A DNA stretch of 64,000 bases from IMG/VR virus record IMGVR_UViG_3300038412_000041; one strand, given 5' to 3'. This DNA comes from a virus (lineage: Duplodnaviria; Heunggongvirae; Uroviricota; Caudoviricetes). The notes beneath the pieces were generated by a model that did no database searches, was not told where the DNA came from, and was given only the letters and a program-made list of their open reading frames with translations. How positions within the stretch are numbered: the first letter of the stretch is position 1; each line of letters opens with the position of its first letter. Below are positions 1 to 9,497 of this stretch, one piece after another. The position numbers were made by a program, and so were the translations under genes.

Positions 1-1791
1 AGATGTAGCTGAAAGGGCACAGACTGATAGGTAAGCGGCATTCACTCCGTTAATTACAGTTGCAGTTCCAAACGTTACATTGGTTCCTGAAATCGTTAAA
101 ACTACAGCCTCCAAGAAAGTGGTGGTGCCATTCTGATACACACACAAGGCTTCTGTAGGAGAAATAGCAGCAGTTACTATAAGTTGACTTGGCGCAACAG
201 TATTTGAAAATGGTGTTGCGCCAAATATTGTCTCCAAGGCATAACAATTAGCCGTAGCATTGCCAAAAGACCATACTCCGTTTACTGTAGTGTTATCAAC
301 CAGAAACACCAGTACAGTCTGTCCTGCATCAACTGCACAGATAGGTATTCCTCCACTATTCGTAACACCAAAAATAGTAGTGCCTGAGTTCTTGATTACA
401 AATACCGGACCACCTTCCGTGGTAATGGTGTTTGCTGCGGGTAATTCAACAACAAGGCCAACGGCAGTTGCCGTAACCTCTTGTAGTCGTGTTGATGTAT
501 AAGTCAATACAAGGTTGGCACTGATAGAACTGACTGTGGTACCTCCATTGCCGCCACCACCTCCACCAGAACCATTAGCCGCAGCAGTAACTCTGCCTTT
601 TGAATCTACTGCGATGTTGGCGCTTGTGTAAGAACCTGCAACAACTCCTGTATTTGCAAGAGTTATGATACCTCCACTATTCGACACATCACCAGTCAAA
701 GAAGTTCCTGTCAAGCCTCCTGCAGTACCACCAATTGAGAGACCAGCAGCGGTTCCAGTTAAGCCTGTACCTGGACCAGCAAAGTAACCACCACTTTGTG
801 CTGTAATGTTACCGTTAGCCGTCAAGAATCCGACCGTGCCTCCTGTCTTCATTAAATATGAAGAAGGTTGGTTGAATATTTGAAAGTTTATGGCGGTTAC
901 ATCAACAGTAACAATGGTATTGATCTGCATCAACACTGCATTGCCATAGATAGTTCCATACTCAATAGGAACCAAATCTCCAGGATGCATCTGTGTAACA
1001 CTATTATAATCAGTAGCTCTGGTTAGAACCCAAGCTACCGTTCCAGAACCTGCATTAGTTAATTCATAGATACCATTCTGACTTGCTGTTGTTTGATTCC
1101 AAACCAAAACTCTAGAACCAACACTAGGCGTAATACCGTCAGAACTGAAGGCTGCTAATGCTCCACTGTTAGTTAGTGTGTCACCTACACCACCATTATT
1201 CAAAAATGTAGCTGTGAGATTTGCAGTAGTAGCTACGTAACAGGCTGCCTTGTATTCACCGCCTGCTATAACAGCATTCAACTGTTGTAAGGTAACTGGT
1301 TGCAAATTGGTTGTGGCATCACCATACAGGTTGAATAAACCTGTCATGGAAACACCACCAGCTATAGGCAAACCACCAAGATTTGACAGAGCAGTAGCAG
1401 CTACACTGGAGCCTGTACCACCACTGCTAACTGGTAACGTGGCACCTGAAGGAGCAACGATCTGAGAGTTTGCAGCATAAACACTGCCTTCTGCAGGTTG
1501 ACTGAGAACAATATCATAAACATCAGCCGTAAAGTTTACAGGAGATGTTCCATTAGAACCGGCCAGAATGGAAGTTCTTGTAAGAATGATACCAGTATTA
1601 TCTAGAGTACCAATACCTGTTTCCCATAGACCTGTTGAGCGCCCAACAGCGACATAGAATGTAGAGTTGTTTACGCCTATACCAGACGCAAAGCTGCGAA
1701 AATTGGAGTTTAAAGGACCCAACAAAGTTAATGGTCCTATACCAGTAGTGGTGGAAGTTTCTCGAACACGGTCTGCTATGACAAAAGCCAT
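1..1791 (-). CDS. tail fibre protein, 5' part; the gene runs off the window start. The N-terminal anchor domain is paralogous to 5168..7180
   Basis: The minus-strand frame is open from the ATG at 1791 (MAFVIADRVRETSTTTGIGPLTLLGP...) to position 1; codon blocks at 1-240, 841-900 and 1681-1791 were hand-checked and have no stops. It is absent from the ORF track because it has no in-window stop. The first ~125 aa are ~60% identical to the N-terminus of the 670 aa fibre. Composition is S/T/G/N-rich and fibre-like. Confidence 0.6.
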   Translation of the reverse strand, partial: MAFVIADRVRETSTTTGIGPLTLLGPLNSNFRSFASGIGVNNSTFYVAVGRSTGLWETGIGTLDNTGIILTRTSILAGSNGTSPVNFTADVYDIVLSQPAEGSVYAANSQIVAPSGATLPVSSGGTGSSVAATALSNLGGLPIAGGVSMTGLFNLYGDATTNLQPVTLQQLNAVIAGGEYKAACYVATTANLTATFLNNGGVGDTLTNSGALAAFSSDGITPSVGSRVLVWNQTTASQNGIYELTNAGSGTVAWVLTRATDYNSVTQMHPGDLVPIEYGTIYGNAVLMQINTIVTVDVTAINFQIFNQPSSYLMKTGGTVGFLTANGNITAQSGGYFAGPGTGLTGTAAGLSIGGTAGGLTGTSLTGDVSNSGGIITLANTGVVAGSYTSANIAVDSKGRVTAAANGSGGGGGGNGGTTVSSISANLVLTYTSTRLQEVTATAVGLVVELPAANTITTEGGPVFVIKNSGTTIFGVTNSGGIPICAVDAGQTVLVFLVDNTTVNGVWSFGNATANCYALETIFGATPFSNTVAPSQLIVTAAISPTEALCVYQNGTTTFLEAVVLTISGTNVTFGTATVINGVNAAYLSVCALSATS

Positions 1792-1835
1792 CGCCTTAGT
1801 CCTCTATTGTTTTTGTACTCTAAAATTAGATTGAA

Positions 1836-3692
1836 TTAAACAGAGATACAGGTAACGACTGCATCGTCAATGTTCAAATTCGTAAATTCTATCTGTTCTA
1901 TCTGTGAAGTTACAATGAATACAGTATTTAGACCAAGGTCATAACGAGAACCGCCAAACATTGTTACCCACAGTTGTATAGGCAAGCTTGATTGAATTAT
2001 GGTACCTACATTTAAATCTTCAGTGTTTATTGTTTGTTGTCCATTACTGCTGACTACAAATTTCTGTAAGAGAGGAACTCCGTTAACACTGGTTAATCCA
2101 AATCTTTCTTTTCTTATACTTCTAACAGTGTTATCGTTAGCAACACCATACCCAATATCCAAAATCAACAACTGTCTCTTATTAAAAGATAAAGAACCAT
2201 TAGTGGGTACTGGTGGTTGAGCCTGAAGTATTGCAGTGTTGATTGCTTTCTGCAAGAATCTGGCATTTAATCCATCAGGTACAGCTAAAATATAGCTAGA
2301 TGTTGACTTTTGATTTTGATTAAATTTTAAATATGAATCCAATGATACATTTGTATTATTTAAGGCTTCTTGTATTAAATGCCCGATTAATAATCCTTGT
2401 ATATCTACACTATTTGAACCTCTAGTAAGCTGTAAAGAGGCCAATTTTAGATTGGCAGGTACTTCAACCTGATATCTAATTATTGAATGCTGACGTTGAT
2501 TAAAAACCAACGGATTATTTAAAGACAAACCACCATACAATAAGGCTCTTTGAACCAAACTTGCATCAAGTTGTCCTTTTAGAGACAACAAATTTGATCC
2601 TTCAATAAATTGAAAGGACTCAGCTAACAACTTTGCAGCTATTTCTATATCCGAGTTGCTAATAGACCTTTGACCTAGGTATGTAGATTTCTCCAAGTAC
2701 TTTGAATATACCTTAGAAGCACCGTACATTGGTAACTGTATGTTAAATCTACTTGTTGCTATTGCCAAAACTTTTGAAGCACCTAATAAGAATGAAGGAT
2801 CAAGTGTGCTATATACTAAGGAGCGTTGATATTCGTTAAGTTTTATGTTAGCTGATATCAATATAGTGGCAGAGTTTAATGCAGACTGCCTATTCCTAGT
2901 AGTAACTAACACTTGACTACTGATATCTATCAACTCTTTTATTTTCTGTTGCTCATTTACTAACAGGTGTGTATTTAAGGTAATATATGAAGTTTCAGCA
3001 GTCTTGATTCTTTCCTGTAAAGAAAGCAACAATTGGTATTCTAAAGTGCCAACATTAAATGCTGATTGTTTAGAGGAACCACTTAGTTTGGAATCAAGAA
3101 TAAATGAATTGGTAGCCCTGTTAATCTGTCTTGGGTAGACACTCAAATCAGAGTTAAAAACGAAATAACTTCCTGATCTACTATTCTGCTTTTCCCCACC
3201 AGATAAGGAAAGGTTGGTTAACAGATGTGTAAACTCTACTTGTCTTTGAAATAATTGGCTATCTAAAGCAAGGTTAACTGCGAAATAGCTTCCTGATCTA
3301 CTATTCTGCTTTTCCCCACCAGATAATGAAAGGTTGGTTAACAGATGTGTAGATTCTACTTGTTTTTGTATTAGGTTAGCGTCTAGTACTGATGCTAGAT
3401 AAGGATAACCTGTCGATTTTGCAAATTGGTAGCTGCTATTAGATAGTCTTGCATTTTGTGTGAATGCTAAATTGGATTTGGAAGATTGCAAAAATCTTGA
3501 AGCTATTAAAAGTTGAATAGTGGGTGTTGACCCACTGAGTGCTTTTTGTTGAAGTAGAGACGTGACTTTTGCTGCTACTTGCATAGCACCATTGGATGAT
3601 ACTTGCTGTAAACCTGAACCAGCTACAGGGGGTGTTATATAAACACTATCAGACCCTACAGGAAGTTCTCCAATGGCCGATGCACCTATCAC
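1836..3692 (-). CDS. virion structural (tail/fibre-associated) protein with an internal ~40 aa tandem repeat; its C-terminal ~55 aa module is shared with the 7838..8248 product
   Basis: 618 aa ORF in the structural operon. The protein repeat is ...THLLTNLSLSGGEKQNSRSGSYF... x2, encoded by a 120-bp-period DNA duplication. The C-terminus ...NTVFIVTSQIEQIEFTNLNIDDAVVTCISV resembles the C-terminus of 7838..8248 (...NTLFVLTSPIVSVQVINDLNYSNVNVACLII). Confidence 0.5.
   Translation of the reverse strand: MIGASAIGELPVGSDSVYITPPVAGSGLQQVSSNGAMQVAAKVTSLLQQKALSGSTPTIQLLIASRFLQSSKSNLAFTQNARLSNSSYQFAKSTGYPYLASVLDANLIQKQVESTHLLTNLSLSGGEKQNSRSGSYFAVNLALDSQLFQRQVEFTHLLTNLSLSGGEKQNSRSGSYFVFNSDLSVYPRQINRATNSFILDSKLSGSSKQSAFNVGTLEYQLLLSLQERIKTAETSYITLNTHLLVNEQQKIKELIDISSQVLVTTRNRQSALNSATILISANIKLNEYQRSLVYSTLDPSFLLGASKVLAIATSRFNIQLPMYGASKVYSKYLEKSTYLGQRSISNSDIEIAAKLLAESFQFIEGSNLLSLKGQLDASLVQRALLYGGLSLNNPLVFNQRQHSIIRYQVEVPANLKLASLQLTRGSNSVDIQGLLIGHLIQEALNNTNVSLDSYLKFNQNQKSTSSYILAVPDGLNARFLQKAINTAILQAQPPVPTNGSLSFNKRQLLILDIGYGVANDNTVRSIRKERFGLTSVNGVPLLQKFVVSSNGQQTINTEDLNVGTIIQSSLPIQLWVTMFGGSRYDLGLNTVFIVTSQIEQIEFTNLNIDDAVVTCISV
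3161..3400 (-). repeat. tandem duplication of ~95 bp with 120-bp period inside the 618 aa structural gene
   Basis: 3161..3250 (cgaaataacttcctgatctactattctgcttttccccaccagataaggaaaggttggttaacagatgtgtaaactctacttgtctttg) is near-identical to 3281..3370, with a few substitutions. Confidence 0.8.
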
Positions 3693-3700
3693 GTGAGCTC

Positions 3701-4195
3701 CTAAGAGATTGTTATTTGATTACTAGGAAATGTCGCAGTTCCACCTAATTGAATTGTATTTAAAGTCTCTTCACATTGATACACAAAATCTCTGACAGCT
3801 TTTGCAAATTCGATAAAGTGAGAAGAGTCAAATGTATGTGCAACACCAGAAGTATCTCTATAATTGAATGTTGTTCCTCCACCAGGAAGACCAAGACCAT
3901 TGACTATACTGGATGCTATACCTGATATATTAATCAACGCATTAGGCATTGTTGAATAAGTACCATTTAGTGCAGGAGTTCCAGTAGAAGTCAGTGTTAT
4001 TCCTCCAGACATTAGAGAATTAAAAGTATCTTGTGCTTGCATTGCGGCAGGTATTTCAAGCACCCCATTAACCAGAGTGTAACTACCTATCATATTTATA
4101 TCAAATCCAGCAGGCTGTGTAATCCAGTGTTCTGGTCCAAAATAATCGTCAGTTGCAACGCCAATAACTAGGTTATTTCTAATTAGTAGTTTCAT
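3701..4195 (-). CDS. hypothetical virion protein (fibre-associated?)
   Basis: 164 aa ORF tightly packed between structural genes. No recognisable motif. Confidence 0.4.
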   Translation of the reverse strand: MKLLIRNNLVIGVATDDYFGPEHWITQPAGFDINMIGSYTLVNGVLEIPAAMQAQDTFNSLMSGGITLTSTGTPALNGTYSTMPNALINISGIASSIVNGLGLPGGGTTFNYRDTSGVAHTFDSSHFIEFAKAVRDFVYQCEETLNTIQLGGTATFPSNQITIS

Positions 4196-4197
4196 GT

Positions 4198-5154
4198 TTA
4201 GATATCACAACGTAAAAGACCGATATAGCCTGTTCCTGAACCAGTCCCGTTTAGGTGTACATTATATGGAGAAACTAAAGGTATAGCAGAATTAAAATCA
4301 GTAGCAATAGTAGAAGGTATACTAGATGTAGGTGAAGTAGTCGCAGATATTACGGTGCCTGTTCTTAATGTGTTAAAAATATCTGATCTAGCCATATTTA
4401 TAGACCTACTAGCTCCAAGTACAAGATAGTTTGTACCAGCCAAAGTAAGAGTAACGCTGGTTCCTGATCCAGCTTCTGTCCAAGACTGTACCGCATATTG
4501 TGAGGCTGCCCTAAATGCTGCCATACCTATAGTACTGGAAACAAGAAGATCAAGAGCAGAGTCACTGTTGTAGAAGGCCATCTTAGCAGTGCTAGATGCT
4601 GCTATAGCTGACATTGCAACTGTTGATCCTAGAACGCTGGCAAGTGCGGTGTTAGAATTTATTATAGAACTCATAGCAGTGCTAGATGCTGCTATAGCGG
4701 TCATTGCAGTGCTAGAGGCCAATACAGAGGCTAATGCGGCACTTGATGTTATAATGGCGCTCATAGCAGTGCTAGATGCTGCTATAGCTGTCATAGTTGC
4801 CTGTGCACTTAATGTAGAGTTTGTAGGTGCACCTGAATTAACAGCAACACTGTTTAAATAAGAACCTACTCCAGAACTAGAACCGAGAACAGTATTGTTC
4901 GCCGTAGTATTTGCAGTTATTTCCGCTATAGCCGTGCTGGAACTAGTCATAGCACCAATAGCTAGACTAGACGCTAATACTGCTGCCAATGAAGTGCTAG
5001 AGGCTGCTATCATTCTACAAGGACCTCTAAAAGTCACTAATTGTTGCCAATCACCAAGGTGTTCCGAATCACCTAGCAAGGTTTGTAGTTGTGTCCCTGT
5101 TATTGCGCCAGAGTTAATACCATTTAACATCCGTACTGCGATAATCATCCCCAT
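4198..5154 (-). CDS. fibrous structural protein with Ala/Ser/Thr-rich heptad-like repeats
   Basis: 318 aa. Repeated AIAASSTAMSAI/ALASVLASS segments. The DNA carries a repeated catagcagtgctagatgctgctatagc block (~4590, ~4675, ~4765). Confidence 0.45.
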   Translation of the reverse strand: MGMIIAVRMLNGINSGAITGTQLQTLLGDSEHLGDWQQLVTFRGPCRMIAASSTSLAAVLASSLAIGAMTSSSTAIAEITANTTANNTVLGSSSGVGSYLNSVAVNSGAPTNSTLSAQATMTAIAASSTAMSAIITSSAALASVLASSTAMTAIAASSTAMSSIINSNTALASVLGSTVAMSAIAASSTAKMAFYNSDSALDLLVSSTIGMAAFRAASQYAVQSWTEAGSGTSVTLTLAGTNYLVLGASRSINMARSDIFNTLRTGTVISATTSPTSSIPSTIATDFNSAIPLVSPYNVHLNGTGSGTGYIGLLRCDI

Positions 5155-5167
5155 GTTGTGCTCCTTA

Positions 5168-7180
5168 TCATTTTATTACCAGTATGTTCCAGGTAGACGC
5201 AACTATTGTAGCTGTATTTGCTGATGGATTACGTATACTTACAGTAACAGTATTTGTAGAAGATACAAAAGCTATATATGTTAACATAGCTTCGTCAGTA
5301 GATGATGCTCCAAAGGAGTTACCTGGATTAACTAAAACACTATCTCCAATAGAAGCACCTACTACTGATACAGAAAAGTCTGTTGCTGTTAATGCTGACA
5401 ATGAGGTTAAGGACATGTTAAATGAACCTAATATGAATCCGGCTTGAAAGGCAAATAAGGATGTTACATCGTTCTCTACATTCTCGATACGTTCATCATG
5501 AACATAGAAATCTGGTAGCCAATAAGCAAAAGCTACGTCCCAAGCAACAGCCTCTAATAACCAACAACCTCCAGTAGCTGCAAAACACGTCTCACTGTCA
5601 TCTGTTTCTGTGCTTCCTAAAACAAAGATAAACAGACCTAGCCCTTCAACAACGGCGTGTTCTCCACCTACCAATCCAGAAAGAGAACGCAAACTACTAG
5701 CATTTGTATAAGTTAAGTAATACGTTTTAGGAATAGCCCAGGTTAAGGCGGAACCACTATAAGTAGCAACTGCTCCAGTAGTTGTAGGTGCTGACAAAAA
5801 ACCTGTTGTTCCTGTAGCAGTCTGAAGCACTAGTTCATTAGCTGCACCACCTGCAATATTAGTGGCTGTAGTTGCAGTTGTAGCTGAACCTGCAGTTGTT
5901 GCAGTTGTTGCAGATGTTGAAGTTGCAGCGTTGCCGCTGATGCTGATACCCCAAGTGCCACTAGCTCCTGTTCCAGTTAGAGTAGGACTATAGCTGTTAA
6001 AATTTGCAGCATCAAGTACCTGGGAACCACCTATTGTCAGATTAGAAAAATTCGTTTGACTGGTAGTTGCAGCGTTACCTGAAGTATTGACATTGATGGT
6101 TGAAGGTAGTGACAGAGTAATGACACCTGTACTAGCAGATGCTACTATCTGATTAGCCGTACCACTAATACTCAATACCTCATTTGCAATACCATCAATC
6201 TTGTCCCAGGTAGTACCATCAAAAATAATGGTGTCACCTGCATTCCATTGGCTGTTCCCATCAATCAACGTACTGCCTGCCACTGATACTTTGTAATAGT
6301 TGCCTTTGGTGCCGACACCACTAGCTAGAGTTGGAGTATTCGTAGAAGCGTTCCACGTACCTTGGTAAACAACTGCGCCAACAAGAGAAGCAGGAATTTG
6401 AGCACTTGTGAGTTTTCCTGTACTGTCTAGCGTTGCTATACCGTTGGAAACTCCAAATCCAGACAAAGCTGTGTTAGGTATTGAAGTGAAATTTGTGCCA
6501 ACTAGTGTTGGGGTTGTGGTGTATCCAGGAGTTGAACCACCAACTAAAACACCAGTTCCTGCAAGCAACATTGCAGTAGTATTGGTACCTGTTTGGTACG
6601 CAATAGAACCGGCAGCACCACCTACAAGATTTGAAGCGGTGGTTGCTGTACTGGCATTACCTGTTGTGTTTTGGTTTAAAGTAGGTACATCTGCTGCTTG
6701 GATTGCTGACACTGTAAGATTAGTGCCGTCACCTCTCAAATAGTGTCCGGCTGTAACTACCCCACCTGCCAAGGTATTGATAGCTGCTTGAGCAGTTCCA
6801 ACACCTGTTCCACCACTACTGATAGGTAAAGTGACTCCAGATGGTGCCACAATATTCGTGCCGTCAGAATAAACCATCCTTTCTACAAGAATGGTCACGT
6901 ATATATCATAAGTATCTGCAGGCAGGTTAACCACAGCATTGCCATTGGAAGATAGAATAACGGACGTTCTTGTTAAAACAGTACCTGTACTATCCAGTGT
7001 ACCTATACCAGATTCAAAAACCGAACTGTTTCTTGAAGACAAGGAATATATGGTGGTATTGTTGGCTCCAACTCCGGCTGAAAAACTGCGAAAACCACTG
7101 GCTGGACCCAACAGCGTAAGAGGTCCGATACCAGTGGTAGTCGTAGTTTCCTTTATTCTATCCCCAATGACAAAAGCCAT
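5168..7180 (-). CDS. tail fibre protein (second paralogue, different distal domain)
   Basis: 670 aa. The N-terminus MAFVIGDRIKETTTTTGIGPLTLLGP... is shared with the 1..1791 gene. G/T/S/N-rich beta-fibre composition, with a GTWNASTNTPTLASGVG...WNAGDTIIFDGTTWDKIDG fibre-repeat-like segment. Confidence 0.65.
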   Translation of the reverse strand: MAFVIGDRIKETTTTTGIGPLTLLGPASGFRSFSAGVGANNTTIYSLSSRNSSVFESGIGTLDSTGTVLTRTSVILSSNGNAVVNLPADTYDIYVTILVERMVYSDGTNIVAPSGVTLPISSGGTGVGTAQAAINTLAGGVVTAGHYLRGDGTNLTVSAIQAADVPTLNQNTTGNASTATTASNLVGGAAGSIAYQTGTNTTAMLLAGTGVLVGGSTPGYTTTPTLVGTNFTSIPNTALSGFGVSNGIATLDSTGKLTSAQIPASLVGAVVYQGTWNASTNTPTLASGVGTKGNYYKVSVAGSTLIDGNSQWNAGDTIIFDGTTWDKIDGIANEVLSISGTANQIVASASTGVITLSLPSTINVNTSGNAATTSQTNFSNLTIGGSQVLDAANFNSYSPTLTGTGASGTWGISISGNAATSTSATTATTAGSATTATTATNIAGGAANELVLQTATGTTGFLSAPTTTGAVATYSGSALTWAIPKTYYLTYTNASSLRSLSGLVGGEHAVVEGLGLFIFVLGSTETDDSETCFAATGGCWLLEAVAWDVAFAYWLPDFYVHDERIENVENDVTSLFAFQAGFILGSFNMSLTSLSALTATDFSVSVVGASIGDSVLVNPGNSFGASSTDEAMLTYIAFVSSTNTVTVSIRNPSANTATIVASTWNILVIK

Positions 7181-7198
7181 TTTAACTATCCTTTAATA

Positions 7199-7828
7199 TC
7201 AAGGCACCAAAGTGAATGTCCATGAGCCAATAGCGATAACAGGAGAAGTAGAACCGTTAATGATAGGAACAGGTGTAGTTGAAATATCATAGTCCCAGGC
7301 ATTGCCACCAGTCAGCGCGTCGTATCTTGCAAGACCCACGACCAAACCGACTTGGCTAGAAGTAGGAGCACCAAAGGTGATGACTGCATTGTTGGAGATT
7401 TGACCAGAAGAGCCAGTGCTTACAGTAGTTGTTCCAGCACCTTGTGTACCGCTAAACTCTGTCAGACCAGAAGTGACAGCAACCCGCGCATAACCAGCAT
7501 AAGTAGCTTCAGGAATAGTTCCGGCATTCATAGCCAAAGTCTGTTCCTGCCAAGTCACGGTATTGTCTACAACTGTTCCACCTTCAGTTGTCGGCCAAGT
7601 AGGAGCAGTAGCACCACTAGTACCACCAACAGTTGCTTGGTAAAGTCTATTATTGGTAGGACTACCAGTAACAACATAGTCACCAATGCTGTACACCGTA
7701 CCTGCAGCCCACATACCTTTGTTAGCTACAACCATTGCATAGTAGTACGTAGCAGGTGCACCCAAAGCTTGCGCTCTATTCAGGGCATCAAGCACTTTGT
7801 TTGAAGCAAAATTTGTAAAAGCGGCCAT
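7199..7828 (-). CDS. hypothetical virion structural protein
   Basis: 209 aa, G/T/A-rich, located in the structural operon. Confidence 0.4.
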   Translation of the reverse strand: MAAFTNFASNKVLDALNRAQALGAPATYYYAMVVANKGMWAAGTVYSIGDYVVTGSPTNNRLYQATVGGTSGATAPTWPTTEGGTVVDNTVTWQEQTLAMNAGTIPEATYAGYARVAVTSGLTEFSGTQGAGTTTVSTGSSGQISNNAVITFGAPTSSQVGLVVGLARYDALTGGNAWDYDISTTPVPIINGSTSPVIAIGSWTFTLVP

Positions 7829-7837
7829 TTTAACTCC

Positions 7838-8248
7838 TTAGATAATTAAGCAAGCAACATTGACGTTGCTGTAGTTTAGGTCATTTATTACTTGCACTGA
7901 AACAATTGGACTGGTTAAAACAAACAATGTATTCTGCCCAAAGTCATAGGTACCTACTGACGTTGTAACAAGCAGATGTACAGGACTATCAGAACTAACA
8001 ATTACACTACTGTTGCCTGTTGGAGCTACAATAGTGTTTGATGATGGAGTGGTACCTGCTGCTGTTTGAAGCAAGACAAACTGTTGATCGCTAACCGTTC
8101 CTGTATAGTTGGAGCTTTCTGCTCTAACCTTCAAAACATTGCGAACTCTGTTAGCAGAAGCAATGTTGCAGGAAAGATCAACGAGCAAAGTCTTGCTTAC
8201 TTGATTCGCAAGATTTACAGGTATCGGTAGAGAGCCTACTGTTGCCAT
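7838..8248 (-). CDS. hypothetical virion protein carrying the same C-terminal module as the 618 aa protein
   Basis: 136 aa. The C-terminus is similar to that of 1836..3692. Confidence 0.4.
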   Translation of the reverse strand: MATVGSLPIPVNLANQVSKTLLVDLSCNIASANRVRNVLKVRAESSNYTGTVSDQQFVLLQTAAGTTPSSNTIVAPTGNSSVIVSSDSPVHLLVTTSVGTYDFGQNTLFVLTSPIVSVQVINDLNYSNVNVACLII

Positions 8249-8266
8249 TTTAGTGTAGCTCCTATT

Positions 8267-8959
8267 TTACAAAGGTATGGTTATGACTGGAGAAGTAGCT
8301 GCTGCATTAGCTATAGGAGCAGTTTCTATTGACACGGTTGATTCAATCGCACCTATTCTTGAAACAATACGCATACCGTCTTCACCTTTACCACTAATCA
8401 AACCTATTACTGTCATTGTGGCCGTGTATTCATACACGTTAGGTCTCGATACGCTTTCGTCTCTGTCAGGTGTGGATACATGCGGATCACACAAAACCTG
8501 AACGTCAAAGTCCATAGACGCATAGCTTATGGAAAAGTTGAAGCTCTTGCGTGTTCCATGCCATACCCAACCACATGCAAAAGAAAACGCTTTCCAAAAG
8601 TCATCTACCATGTAAGTGACTTCAAAGGAGAAAGCGGCTGGAACAAAAGAAACATTTACCAAGGACTTAGCAGAGTCATCCATCTGCACATTAACGCCTT
8701 GTCTTGCTAGAATCTTTGGAACATAGGCACTCTGTTCCGTGGTTGCTTCACCTACATCACTTAAATGAACAAAAACTTTCGGCCATTTAATAGTTGATTG
8801 AGGACCGTTACGCATTTGATCTATACGTTGCGCCAACTGCATCCTGTTTGTAGATGAGTAAAAGTCTATGGCATCACCAGATACTTCAAAGACCTGACCG
8901 ATTCTTTCAAGTATACCTTTGACAACCATAACTTCAAAATCAGGTAAAAGATTTGCCAT
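8267..8959 (-). CDS. hypothetical virion protein (tail/neck candidate)
   Basis: 230 aa ORF in the structural operon. No diagnostic motif recognised. Confidence 0.4.
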   Translation of the reverse strand: MANLLPDFEVMVVKGILERIGQVFEVSGDAIDFYSSTNRMQLAQRIDQMRNGPQSTIKWPKVFVHLSDVGEATTEQSAYVPKILARQGVNVQMDDSAKSLVNVSFVPAAFSFEVTYMVDDFWKAFSFACGWVWHGTRKSFNFSISYASMDFDVQVLCDPHVSTPDRDESVSRPNVYEYTATMTVIGLISGKGEDGMRIVSRIGAIESTVSIETAPIANAAATSPVITIPL

Positions 8960-8964
8960 TATTT

Positions 8965-9026
8965 AGTCACTCCAGATGTGGTAAAGGTCCGCCCAAGTCA
9001 CCCTGAACGGACCTTTATCAGTGACT
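8965..9026 (-). other. nested inverted repeats (7 bp outer, 9 bp inner AAAGGTCCG/CGGACCTTT) directly after the stop of the acidic-protein gene
   Basis: agtcact(8965-8971)...AAAGGTCCG(8983-8991)-16 nt loop-CGGACCTTT(9008-9016)...agtgact(9020-9026). No clear U-run follows on the minus strand. Confidence 0.35.
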
Positions 9027-9027
9027 T

Positions 9028-9417
9028 TTAGTAACGAGATTTCTTGTTTCTCTCCAAACGAGCCTGGACTTGTTGTTGGCGATTTTGTTCATCACCGTCA
9101 ACATCTTCAGTACCCATACCATCATCTTGCTCTGCTGTTTCTGGTTCGTTCTCTTCTTCCACTTGTTGGGTGTCTTGAGGAACTTCCAGTTCTTGTTCAG
9201 AAGCAAGAATACGGGAGAGAGCCTTAGAAATAACAGCCTCTTCTTCATTGGAATCATCTTGATCTTCTTGTTGCTGGTTCACCTCCTGCAGCATATCATC
9301 CGTATCATCTTGAGTAGCAGCCATGTGCAAATACTTTGCAGCTTCCTGCGGCTTACCAAGGCGAACAGACTCAATGGCAGCAAGGGCGCAATCCAACGAT
9401 CTGTAATACTTTTTCAT
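9028..9417 (-). CDS. highly acidic small virion-associated protein (scaffold/decoration/internal protein candidate)
   Basis: 129 aa. D/E/Q-rich (QQQEDQDDSNEEEA...EEENEPETAEQDDG). Immediately downstream of the capsid candidate. Confidence 0.4.
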   Translation of the reverse strand: MKKYYRSLDCALAAIESVRLGKPQEAAKYLHMAATQDDTDDMLQEVNQQQEDQDDSNEEEAVISKALSRILASEQELEVPQDTQQVEEENEPETAEQDDGMGTEDVDGDEQNRQQQVQARLERNKKSRY

Positions 9418-9447
9418 AACAAGCCCTCACAAAAGTTGAGTTAAATT

Positions 9448-9485
9448 GAAGCTACCTAACTTACTTTATTCAGTTAGGTAGCTTT
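9448..9485 (-). other. perfect 14-bp stem-loop (GAAGCTACCTAACT / AGTTAGGTAGCTTC, 10-nt loop) just downstream of the capsid gene stop on the minus strand; attenuator or RNA-stabiliser candidate
   Basis: Inverted repeat at 9448-9461 and 9472-9485. Lies between the capsid stop (9498) and the next start (9417). No clean U-tract. Confidence 0.4.
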
Positions 9486-9497
9486 CAACTGGACCAC

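Noticed and set aside
4589-7804. Plus-strand ORFs of 85-150 aa inside the tail-fibre and structural genes (4589..4861, 4895..5224, 5184..5447, 6408..6743, 6939..7196, 7352..7804)
   Set aside because: They are antisense to repeat-rich fibre genes, and the compositional bias of those fibre genes readily creates open frames on the opposite strand.
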